Source: Chrysemys picta bellii (lineage: Eukaryota). Taken from it: DNA of 64,000 nt. The stretch spans positions 25,172,001-25,236,000 of the forward strand of contig NC_088807.1 of the NCBI RefSeq assembly GCF_011386835.1, written 5' to 3'. The translations under genes and the position numbers were made by a program. Shown in pieces: positions 10,601-27,414 of this stretch (positions are counted from its first letter, which is position 1; each line of letters starts with the position of its first letter). The notes below the pieces were generated by a model that did not search any database, had not been told where the DNA came from, and saw nothing but the letters and a program-made list of their open reading frames with translations.

Positions 10601-13600
10601 GTTGAGGGCAAATGTGCGTTGGGAGAACAAGACGAGTTTGGAAAAAGCTGGGGGGACGGAGGGCCACAGGGAGGCGGTATCTTGGGCAGTCCTGGCTCAA
10701 GCAAACCCCAAATTTGCCCCCATAATGCTCCATGGGGCACTGAGATGCAGCTACTTCTGGTGCGGGGCAGCTGGGGAACAGCTGCACATGACACCCCATG
10801 GAGATAGCTCGCCTGGCACTGAGATTCAGCTACCTCTAGAGCGGGGCAGCTGGGGAACCGCCGCACATAACGCTGCATAGGGATGGCTCACCGGATGCTA
10901 AGATGCAGCCACCTCTGGGGCGGGGCAGCCGGGAAACAGCCACACACAGCAACTGAAGCCCAGTCACACCCCGCATCACACCTGGTAGCCACAAGCAGAG
11001 TGAAACCCGCCCTTCCCACTGTACACAGACATTGCTAACGCCGAAGCTTTACCCCACGGCCCGTCCTTGGCCCCCTTCCCAGCCCCTCTGATCCCTGGGA
11101 CCCCAGGGTCAGACCCCCACCATGCCCCGTCTCTGAAGCTACATACGTCAAAGCCGGTGTTGGGGTCCCATCCGACGTGGGTGACATGCCTGGAAGGAGA
11201 ACAAAGATTAGCCAGTTCTAGAGGGGGCCAGGTCCCGTGCCCCATTCCCGGCCCCCCTGAGCCAGCCAGCCCCCCACCCTGGGGCCAGACAGGAGCCAGC
11301 ACCCCCTAGAGGGGGCCAGGTCCCGTGCCCCATTCCCGGCCCCCCTGAGCCAGCCAGCCCCCCGCCCTGGGGCCAGACAGGAGCCAGCACCCCCTAGAGG
11401 GGCCAGGCCCCGCACACCATTCCCGGCCCCCCTGAGACAGCCAGCCCCCCACCCTGGGGCCAGACAGGAGCCAGCACCCCCTAGAGGGGGCCAGGTCCCG
11501 TGCCCCATTCCCGGCCCCCCTGAGCCAGCCAGCCCCCGCCCTGGGGACAGACAGGAGCCAGCACCCCCTAGAGGGGCCAGGCCCCGCGCCCCATTCCCGG
11601 CCCCCCTGATGCCAGCTCTCACTTGAATCCGCTTGGGGCGCCGATGTCGGCCTTGGAGATCTTTTTCTTGCCCTTCTTCTTCTCGGTGACTGTGGGCACC
11701 GGCAGCCCCCGGTACCGAGACGAGGTGATGTCCGGGTTCTGGATGTCCATTGTCATCAGGTTCAAGGAGCCGGAGGGGGAATTCGGCTGTTTGCTGGGAC
11801 CTGCGGGAGAGAGAAATGGGGCTGTGGGGAGCAGGTTGGGGGGCTGGGCAGGGGGTGCTCTCCCCTGGCAGTCAGGGCCGGGCACTGGGGGGCACCATGC
11901 TGTGGGGAGCAGGGTGGGGGGCTGGGCAGGGGGTGCTCTGCCCTGGCAGTCAGGGCCATGCGCTGGGGGGCGTCGTGGGGCAGGGAGTGAGGCAGGGGGC
12001 GCTCTCCCCTGGTAGTCAGGGCCGGGCGCTGGGGGGGCGTCGTGGGGCGGAGGGGTGGGGGGCTGAATTAACCTTTTCAAGCCCCCCACCTCCAAAGCAC
12101 TTACCATTCATGTCTCCCCCGTGCATTGGGGATCGGGGCAGCGTCGTCGCCCGTCGCTCTAAAGGAGACAAAAAGAGCCGGGGTTAGACCCATGTCACCA
12201 GCCCCCCCACCCCCAGTGGGAGAGTTTGGTGGGGGGTCTACCCCTAACCTGCCCCTCCCCCCCATTGCAAAGGACTGTGGGATAGAGGGGGACTCACCTT
12301 CATTGACCGGGGGAGGTGGCGGGGGAAGCTGCCGTTTCTCTGAGGAAAGAGGAGAACAAGCACTGTGACCCTGGCACGGGCTGGCTCAGGGGGGCGGGGA
12401 ATGGGGCACGGGGCCTGTCCCCTCTAGGGGGCGCTGGCCGGCTCCCAACCCCTCCACGTACCCATCCGCTGCTGTCGCTTCTGGATCTTCTCCTCCACCA
12501 GCGCATAGAAGTCGCGGGCCTCAGCCTCGTCCGCAAAGTTCAGCCCGGCCTGGCATTCCTGAAAGCAAAAGGCACCTCGCTGGTCCTGGGGGGGCCCAGG
12601 GCCAGGAGAGAACCCAGGAATCCAGGCTCCCAGCCCCCTGCTCTAACCACTAGACCCCAGTCCCCTCCCAGAGCTGGGGAGAGAACCCAGGAGTCCTGGC
12701 TCCCAGCCCCCCCTGCTCTAACTACTAGACCCCACTCCCCTCCCAGAGCCAGGAGAGAACCCAGGCATACGGGTTTCCAGCCTCACTTCTTATTGGTAGC
12801 CCTCAATTTTCTCCTTCTTTTCACCCCCCTGTCTCTGAACTGTTGTCTCCGGGGGCAGGGCTATGTCTGGAAGCCCCGCCCCACTGATCAACCCCCCACC
12901 CCGGCCCCCCGGCCCCCTCTGGGGCAGATACTCACGTCCCCGGGGAAGGTATGGAAATAGGGGGTGACAGCAGAATAGACCAGCTGGCTGGAGAGCTCCA
13001 GCTCCCACGTGAGCCTCCTGTCCTGCAAGAGAAAGGGGAACCCCGGTTAGCACCCCGCCAGCAGGGGGCGCTGGGAGCCAGGATGCCTGGGTTCTTTGCC
13101 CGACTCTGGGAGGGGAGTGGGGTCTAGTGGTTAGAGCAGGGGGGCTGGGAGCCAGGACTCCTGGGTTCTCTCTCAGCTCTGGAAGGGGACTGGGGTCTAG
13201 TGGTTAGAGCGGGGGGGCTGGGAGCCTGGATTCCTGGGTTCTCTCCCCGCCTCTGGGAGGGGGGTGGGGTCTGGGGGTTAGAGCAGGGGGTTGGGGGCTG
13301 GGAGCCAGGACTCCTGGGTTCTCTCGCCAGTGCTGGGAAGGGATGGGGAGCTGCCGGGAGGAGGACAGAGACTCACCTTGAGATCGAAGAGGCGGATGAA
13401 GTAGGAGCGCCGGGGGTTGTCCTTGACCAGGCACAGGACCCCGCAGCCCTGCTTACCCCACACCTGGCTGTTGGGGGGCATGGCCTGGTACAGCTGGGCC
13501 ACCGACGTGGCCAGGGTCTGGCACAGAGACAATCGAGTTACAGAGAGAGCGCGCCTGAGATGCAGCCAGCTCTGGGGCGGCTGGGGAACAGCCGCACAGA

Positions 13601-14465
13601 ACGCCATGGGGGAAGGGCTCGTCTGGCCCTAAGCGTGGCCCCCCGGGGCTGCCAGTTCCTGTCTTGGTTTCCGATGTTGGCCGAGGCTCCGGGCTCCCCA
13701 GCGTCACCGCGCCGGGCCCCTCACAGCCCCCGTCAGCACCGCTCACCCCACTTCCTCCTGAGCGGAGGGGGAGGGATGCAGCAATGAAGGTGCCCCTCAC
13801 TCCCAACCCGCAGCCCCCTGCTAGCCCAGCTCTGCTGGTGCCCCCCCCTCCACTGCAGGACCCTGCTAGCCCAGTGCTCCCCCGCCCAGCTCTGCCGGTG
13901 CCCCCCACTCCCGACCCGCACCCCTTACTCACCCAGCCCTGGGCTCCCCCCCACCTCTTCCAGTGCCCCCCACTTCCAATCCACATCTTGCTATCCCAGC
14001 CCTGGGCTCCCCCAAGCTCTGCTGGTGCCCCTGCTCCACTGCAGCCCCCTGCTAGCCCAGTGCTCCCCTGTGCCAAGCCCGGCTGGTGCCCCCCACTCCC
14101 AACCTGCCAGTCCCTCTCATTCCCGACCTGCAGCCCCCTGCTAGCCCAGTCCTAGTCTGCTCCCCAACTCTGCCGGTGCCCCTCACTCCTGACCTGCACC
14201 CCCCTGCCAGCCCAGCCCTGGGGTACCCCCAGCTCTGCCGGTGCCCCCAACTCCCGACCTCCAGCCCTGGGTTCCCCCGCAGCTCTGCAGGTGCCCCCCA
14301 CTCCCAACCCCCAGCCCCTGGTGTCAGCACCCTCTGGGCCTCACGCCTCACCGTGCATTTCCGGCCCAGGAGCTCAAACACCTGCTGGTTTTCATGATCC
14401 CGGAGGAGCTGGGAGGGGACGTTCTCCTGCTGCCCTCGTGCCCCTGACCTGGACCCCCGGCTCAT
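7693..14465 (-). CDS. WAS: Wiskott-Aldrich syndrome protein (WASp), complete, 12 coding exons, 497 aa
   Basis: Exons 14352-14465, 13377-13517, 12936-13022, 12462-12558, 12298-12339, 12105-12158, 11623-11800, 11147-11189, 9478-9631, 8718-9139, 7851-7956 and 7693-7748 sum to 1494 nt. Domains: WH1, basic region, CRIB ([20 protein letters not shown]), Pro-rich, WH2 ([17 protein letters not shown]) and acidic tail (EDDDEWDD*). It has a single WH2 and sits next to SUV39H1, which favours WAS over WASL. Confidence 0.97.
8000..8430. repeat. C-rich ~50-bp minisatellite, WAS intron 10
   Basis: cagaccccctgcacccacccaccccctggcaccgccagggcccccatca, about 8 copies. Confidence 0.9.
9230..10960. repeat. Family B ~60-bp repeats (gagatgcagccacctctgggg...ggaacagccgcacataacgcc) in WAS introns 8 and 9
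   Basis: Forward copies at about 9230-9470 and 10730-10960, reverse copies at about 9905-10100. Other clusters at 1400-1700, 13550-13610, 19330-19490, 19720-19850 and 55220-55420. Confidence 0.85.
11215..11605. repeat. ~87-bp tandem repeat, WAS intron 7
   Basis: gagccagcaccccctagagggggccaggtcccgtgccccattcccggcccccctgagccagccagccc..., about 4.5 copies. Confidence 0.9.
11820..12050. repeat. G-rich tandem repeat, WAS intron 6
   Basis: ggggtgctctcccctggcagtcagggcc recurs about 3 times. Confidence 0.7.
12590..13330. repeat. Family A ~70-bp repeats in opposite orientations on either side of WAS exon 3
   Basis: C-rich form on + at about 12590-12775; G-rich form on + at about 13070-13330. Unit: ctaaccactagaccccactcccctcccagagccggggagagaacccaggagtcctggctcccagcccccctgct. 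Confidence 0.9.
13780..14330. repeat. Degenerate C-rich minisatellite, WAS intron 1
   Basis: cagccccctgctagcccagctctgctggtgccccc recurs. Confidence 0.75.
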
Positions 14466-14519
14466 GCTGGCTCCTGGCTCCAGCCCCCAGCGGGTTCTCG
14501 GGGTCTCTCCCCACCCTGA

Positions 14520-14800
14520 GCTCGCCCCAGGGAACTTCCGCGTTGCGGGGACTTTTTTCAACAGGAAGCGCAGAAAAAACCACCGACCAACGCTGAGCTC
14601 CCGGGGCCTGGGGAAGTTGGGCTCTGCGAATGGCCCCAGCCAGGGCTGGGAGTGAGGGGCACCGGGAGAGCTGGGGGACGGGGGGGAAACCTGGCGATGG
14701 TTGGGGCCGGCCTGCCTCGCCGAGCAATGGGCGCAGGCTCTCGGCAAACTCAGGCAACGTTGCGTCCGCCTGGTGCCTGGTCTGTGGTTCCTATGCAGCC
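14520..14800 (-). promoter_or_regulatory. Candidate WAS proximal promoter (ETS and RUNX motifs)
   Basis: ACTTCCG 14534-14540, CAGGAAG 14560-14566 and TGTGGTT 14783-14789 upstream of ATG 14465. Fits haematopoietic expression; motif-level evidence only. Confidence 0.4.
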
Positions 14801-15224
14801 ATTTGGGGGGTGTGGGGGCATTTTCTGAGTCCGACGCACCTTTGGGGGTGTGGGGACCCCCCCCCCCAAGTCAGAGGAGGGCAGCCTAGCTGTGCTGTGG
14901 GGGAGGGGCTGTTTCGGGGACTGGCTCAAGCTGCCTCTCTATGGTGGGTAATGTACCGCTAGGGCCCTGCCCCCAACCCCATGCCCCGTCCCTCCCCCCT
15001 TCCCCTCCCTGCAACACCCTCCTCCTTAACCCCCCCTCCTTCACACTCACCCCCCCAACTTCCCTCCGCTGTCTCCTCCATCTCCCCCTCCCCTCCACTC
15101 ACCCCCTAACTTCCCTCCCCTGCCTCCTCCATAACCCCCAGCCTCCCCCTCCCCTCATAGACCCCCCTTCCCTCTGACCCACACACACAGACGACTCAGG
15201 CAGGGGGAAAAAGTCCGGTTGTTA

Positions 15225-15230
15225 TTTATT
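15225..15230 (-). terminator. Polyadenylation signal AATAAA, probably for SLC38A5 (implies a 3' region of about 3.7 kb)
   Basis: TTTATT on +, followed on the - strand by a U/GU-rich stretch. First canonical minus-strand signal I found downstream of the SLC38A5 stop. Confidence 0.5.
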
Positions 15231-16794
15231 GAAACCCAGAGCGACCGTACAAAAGCCACCGGCTCCATGCATTGCTTTCACCTTGCGCTGCCCCTCCCCA
15301 CAGCATTGCCCCCCCCCAGTCATGGGGAGGAACCCCTGCTGAAATGGGGGGGGGTCTTTTGGCTTTGTCCGTAGCATTGGGGACGACGTGCTGACCAAAA
15401 TAGTGCTTTGAGGGGCCCTTTTATCCCCGCTCCCCCCCCGTAAAGCCTCGTGCATCTGGAGTCACGTGAATCCAGGCAGGATCAATGGACCAAGACGCGG
15501 ACTTTAGGGGCTGGCGGGATGAGGGTTTTCAGTTCGGGGGGCTGTCCCCGGTGCGATTATTCCATCCAGGCCAGCCCTGAATTAACCAGGCCTAGAACCC
15601 ACCCACCCCAGAATCTGAACCCGGGCCCCTTCTACCAGCGTCCCCGAGCCCCAGGCAATGCCAGGCCCTGAAAAGGAAACGCGACGGTTTGGCAAACGTC
15701 CTGAGAGTTAGTAAGGGGGAAAGCTGAGTTTTGAGATCCTCCCATGAAGGCAAAAATCCCGCTTTCCAAAATGGTCTTTTTCTTGTTTCTCCTTCCGGGA
15801 AAGGACATTGGGGGGGGACACAAGAGGGGGTTGGCAGCGTTGGCTGGACAGGACACGTCTCTTTTCCCAGCCCGACTGCCAGGGGAAAGACATGAGCTCT
15901 GCACAAGTTTGGAAACATGTCTCTTTTCCCAGCTGTCGGCCCAAGAAGAGATCAGTCGCTCTGAGTCGGTTGCGTGATCGCCCAATTTTGGGAAGGGGGG
16001 TGTTCCCCCGGGTGGCTCGCAAAACGTCATTGTTTTCTTCGGCTCCGGGCCAGACCCGGAACCGGAGGATTCTGACAGATCTGTTGTGGCGCGGTAGCTT
16101 TAGTTGGACCGAGCCTTGATTTGTTTATCATGGCAGCCAATTTCCCCCACTGGCAAAACAAAAGTCATTTTGGGGGCCTCCCCCCCCACACTTTTCCGAA
16201 AAAATCAGAACATGGGGCGGGGGGGGGGGGAAGCAGATTTTTGTTTGAAACAGGGAGAATTTCCCATTTGAGGGTTTCGTATTTTGGGCAGGGGGTGGAG
16301 GGAAGCCTGAAAATGTTTGTTTCTCAAATGCTTCCTTCCAAAATGAAAACCCAAATTACGCCAGTAGAAAGGGAGAAACCAGTTTCTGGAGAGGGCGAAG
16401 ATGGGAGCACTGGTGGTAGAACCCAGGAGTCCTGGCTCCCAGCTCTAACCACTGGGCCCCACTCCCCTCCCAGAGCCAGGGAGAGAACCCAGGAGTCCTG
16501 GCTCCCAGCTCTAACCACTAGGCCCCACTCCCCTCCCAGAGCCGGGGAGAGAACCCAGGAGTCCTGAGTCTCTGTAGGGCCCCTTTCTGCCAATATAACT
16601 GCTGTGTCAGGGCGGGGGCAGACTCACCAGGGTTGCGGTTGAATTTGCGGGGCAGGAGATGGCTACTGTGAAGCCAGGGGGCTGCACCGGGGGGGAGTGG
16701 GAGTTTAAGGCACTGGCTGAAGAGGCATTGAGTGCTAAGGCCACAGTGGTGGGGGAGCTGTGCAGATGTGGCTGGGGGTGTTGGGACTTTTCTG

Positions 16795-16972
16795 GGGGGG
16801 ATAGTTCAGTGGTTTGAGCATTGGCCTGCTAAACCCAGGGTTGTGAGTTCAATCCTTGAGGGGGCCATTTAGGGATCTGGGGCAAAATCTGTCAGGGACG
16901 GTACTTGGTCCTGCTGTGAAGGCAAGGGACTGGACTTGATGACCTTTCAAGGTCCCTTCCAGCTCTATGAGA
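16795..16972 (+). mobile_element. tRNA-derived SINE (tortoise Pol III/SINE type) with a CR1-like 3' tail
   Basis: tRNA-like head with A box (TAGTTCAGTGG) and B box (GAGTTCAATCC). The tail ...gatgacctttcaaggtcccttccagctctatga resembles a CR1 3' end and is the reverse complement of the fragment at 56941-57016. Confidence 0.85.
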
Positions 16973-18299
16973 TAGATAGGGAAATGGAGCCATCAGGGTG
17001 GGATGTAGAGGTTTCTGGAGGAAAACATGTAGGCATAAGGATCCTTCTAGAAGGGAGATGGTGGCATCGGGGCAAGATCTAGAGATCTCTGGAGGAGGAA
17101 GTGGTGGCGCTGGGATTTTTCTAGAGGAGAGAGAGGCACCACCGGGGTGAGATCTAGAGATAGCTGGAGGCAGAAGCAGAGGTGTCAGGATTTTTCTAGA
17201 GGAGGCGCCGGAGTGGGAACTATTCGTTTCTGGATGAAAACACATAGGCACGAGGATTTTTCTGGAGGGGAGAAAGAGCCATTGGGACGAGATCTAGACG
17301 TTTCTGGAGGAGGAAGCAGAGGCTCCAGGATTTCTCGACAGGGCGGACAGAGCGTTCTCCGGCTCCGAGGGGGCGCCTGTACCTGGATTGTCTCCCACCC
17401 CGCGCTCAAGGAGGTGCCCCCCCCCGACAGCCCTGTCCTTAACCTCTTGCTCTCTGAAGGGGCTGGGGCGAGCAGCATTAGTGACCCTCGGCTGTCTCTG
17501 GGTGGTGAGGTAGTTTGAAAAGAGAACCGAGACCCAGGGTTCGATAAACGCCCGCCCCGACACCCAGATGAAAGGGGGGCATTCAACTGGCTCGACCAGC
17601 GGCGCCCCCGTGTGGTGGGGGGAGGGTGCTGACTTGGGGCGAATTCTGCACCGTGGTTGGGGCCTGTCCCAGGCGGCAAACAGGCCTGTAGGCGCACGGC
17701 TTCCCCTCCCGCCCCCAGCCCCGCTCAGGAAGCCAGGCGTCCCGGGTAGAACCCAGGCGTCCTGAGGCTCCATGGGACGCTCACCCCCTGCCTCCCCCAT
17801 TACTGTAAAAGTAACAGCGTCTCCTCCGGTCCCAGAGAATTCAGACACTCGAGGGTTAATCCTCAGCAGGATGGGAACACGCCCCTATCTCCCAGTGGGG
17901 AAACTGAGGCACAAAAAAGTGGACAGCCCATGGCCCCGTCGCTGGGGATGGGACCCAGGAGTCCTGGGGGGGTGTCACGATCCTGGCCCCAGCAGTGAGC
18001 CCGGCATCGCTCTTTGGTCTGGCTGCCGGCTCCGAATTAAATAAGACCAATAAATAAGGGTGCCATGGATCCACCTGGCCCCCGCCCTGGCACAGTCAGA
18101 TTCACAGTCCCTCTTCGACTGATGCCAGGGAATGAGTACAAGCGGGGGAGAGGGGGTGTTCCTGTCTCCATGGGAACCAAAGAGGTGGGAGGCATTGTCT
18201 GGAGGGAACTGTTGCTATGGGACCCCCCACCCACCCACTCCAGCAGTGGCCCAAGCGTTGTCACAGCAACAAAGGCCTGGTGTTGTTCCCCTGGGGACC

Positions 18300-18800
18300 T
18301 GCCATGTTGCCACGGCGACAGGGAGCTAAGGAGAACCCAGTTGCGCTGTAGTCAGGCAACTCAGTAGTCGTGGGGAACCTGCCGTTGCCATGGCACCGAT
18401 GGGCCAATCAGGACCTTTGTCCCATGGAAATGGGAGGCTGCCATGACTACAGGGCACACATAGGAGGGCCTTAGCGCCATTCCCATGGAAACCAGTCACT
18501 GCCAGGAGCTGTAGCGTTGCCACGGTAACAGTCAACCGATGGAAGGACCTTGGCACCGTTCCCATGGACACCAGTCGCTGCCAGGAGCTGTAGCATTGCC
18601 GTGGTAACAGGTGGCCCATGGAAGGGCCTTCGCACCATTTCCATGGAAACCAGTCGCTGTAGCATTGCCACAGTAACAGTCGATGGAAGGGCCTTGGCAC
18701 CGTTCCCATGGACACCAGTCGCTGCCAGGGTCTGTAGCGTTGCCATGGTAACAGTCGGCAATGGGTGGCCCTAGCGTTGGTCTCAGCGTTGCCATGGCTG
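18300..18800. repeat. Degenerate ~75-80-bp tandem repeat in the SLC38A5 3' UTR, carrying X-box-like palindromes
   Basis: ccatggaaaccagtcgctgccaggagctgtagcgttgccacggtaacagtc, about 4-5 copies. Confidence 0.8.
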
Positions 18801-18918
18801 CAGCGGAGCAAGGGCCAATGGGAGGTGGCGGTGCTCTTGCCCCAGCGACGGCTGGGCCCCCCGAGCCGGCCCAGTGGGGTCCATGTGTCTGTGCCGGGGG
18901 TCGGCGGGGGGGGGCGGG

Positions 18919-25115
<6,197 letters not shown>

Positions 25116-27414
25116 GGCAGACGCGGGCCGGTTCAGGGTGTGGACGGGGTGTGTGTGTAAGAGATCACACCTGGGGCACAGCGCATGGGTCACCTTCCCA
25201 CCTAGAAACCCAGAGAAAAGGGTCAGCCAGGAATGCCCCCACCCAAACGAAGGAGAAGCTCATTCCCAGCGTGGGCTGGGGGGGCTGGGAGCCAGGACTC
25301 CTGGGTTCTCTCCCTGGCTCTGGGAGGGGAGTGGGAGCTGGTGGTTAGAGCAGGGGGGGGGCTGGGAGCCAGGACTCCTGGGTTCTTTCCCTGGCTCTGG
25401 GAGGGCAGTGGGGTCTAGTGGATTAGAGCAGGGGGGGCTGGGAGCCAGGACTCCTGGGTTCTCTCCCCGGCTCTGGGAGGGGACTGGGGTCTAGTGATTA
25501 GAGCAGGGCGGGCAGCAGGGGACAGTCTCCTAGGATGGCCAATGGTATGAACACGAGATTCGCCGCTGCCCGTCAGCTGGGCTCCCGCGGACGAAAAATG
25601 AACGCAAAGAGGCGACGGCCCTGACGGATCCACCCCCAGGACGGCGTCTTCCCATCATCCCCGGTCAAGAATTCACAGATCTCAAGCTCAGTTGGGACTT
25701 CCGGGATCACCGAATCCGAGCTCCGATACAACCCCTGGGCAGATCTTTTAGCAAAACACCCCATCTTGACCGCAAACTGGCCCGTGACGGCGGTACAGCT
25801 GAGACGCGTTTATCCCGCAGGGAATCAAGAACTTTACATCCAAAAGTTGTTGGTTTTTTCCCTATCAAAGACTGGCCTTTTTGCTCAGTCTGAGACTTTC
25901 ACCCAAAACGTCTCGGGGAACTTTTGGGTCGTTAGTCGTTAAGCCTCCAATTTTCTGAATTCTGCAACGTCGCGTCGTCTAACCGAGCTGATTTTCTCCT
26001 TTGAAAGTTGCATTTTGCCACGTGAGCTAATTTCCTAAATGGTCCCTTTTCCCCTCTACGTTCGAAATGCCACTTTTTCAAATGCCGCCACCGTTTCTAT
26101 TTTTAGAAACGCCAAAATTTCTACTTGAAGTTTTCTCATTTCAAAGCCTCAGTTTGTCCAATGAATCCATTCTTTCTAATTCTGACATTTCAATTTTCCT
26201 AACAAAAACACGTGTTACATTTGGAACTGTCGGTTTACCTAAACCATCCAAATTATCTTGTACTGACATCGTTGATTTTCTAATAAAGCAAATATTCCCA
26301 AGTTCAAACTGTTTTCATTGAATCAGTTTCTATTTTTGACATTGAAAAAGTCCGGAATAAACCTTTGCTCTATTTCTGAAATGTCAACATTTCCAATTAA
26401 TCCATTTTCCTCATTTTGAAACGTCAGATTTGCTAATGAAACTACTTGAAAAACACCGGGACGTCCATTCATCTCGTTAAGCCAAGTTCCTTATTTTGGA
26501 AGTGTCCAACTTTGTACCGTTGGACATTCAAAATGTCCTTTTCACTTTTGAAAACTTTTGAAATATCAAATGTTTTTAATCAGAGTCATCACATCTTTCC
26601 AGTTTTTACATTTCAAAAGTTCTAATTACTACAATTTGCTTCAATTTCCAATTTCACAAACAATCTTCTTTTGAAAATGGATTTTTTTTTAAATTTCCAA
26701 TTTTTAAATGGCCTGATTCAGCCAATCCTCCTCATTTTGAATTTGCCGCTCAATCCAATTTCCAAATCTTCACTTTTCAAAGTTCCTAATTAGCCTCTTT
26801 CTTGAAACTGCTCCCTTTTCGATGATTAAATTCCGATTTCTGTACATTTCAAACGTCCTAAGTAACCCAGTTTCCTACAGGTGAAATGTCCCATTTTCGA
26901 ATCAGTCAGGCCCGGCTCGTCAAACGCATTTCGGTGCCTAATTCCCTTTGACTGATGAAATCTGAGCACGTTGAGTGCCGTGAAATGGACAATTTCTCCT
27001 CTCCCAATCCTTAACACGCGGGAGCAGAATTAGACATGGGATTACAAACGAGGCTTTGTCCACGGGCATTAACACTTCCCGATCTCGGCTGGAAAAACCT
27101 CGCCTGATCCATCCTGTCACACCAACCACCTGGGGGGGGGCAGGGTTTCATGTGACTCATCCCTTCCTCCCCCCATACCGAGAGCAAAGCAATAGTTGAA
27201 CCGATTGCCTGGTGGTGGGGAGGGGGGTGCCCACTGGTGGATGCAACAAGCTGATCACAAAGAAGCCTCCCCCCCTGCCCACCATTTTTCAGGTGGGGAA
27301 ACTGAGGCACAGCTAGTCATCCCAGGTCCTGGGAGGCCTAGAATAGCTTCCCAACCACTCGACAACACTTCCCCTCCGTGATGGGACAGAGAGAATGTCA
27401 CCAACAAACTCACG

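Noticed and set aside
14052-14747. N-terminally extended WAS ORF (231 aa)
   Set aside because: Begins at a non-ATG codon and runs into intron 1. The homologous start is ATG 14465.
15632-16030. 132-aa ATG-initiated minus-strand ORF
   Set aside because: No recognisable homology or splice partners. It lies in the presumed SLC38A5 3' region and is of chance length for this GC content.
16795-16870. tRNA-like sequence
   Set aside because: Continues into a SINE body and CR1-like tail with no terminator T-run. It is a SINE head, not a tRNA gene.
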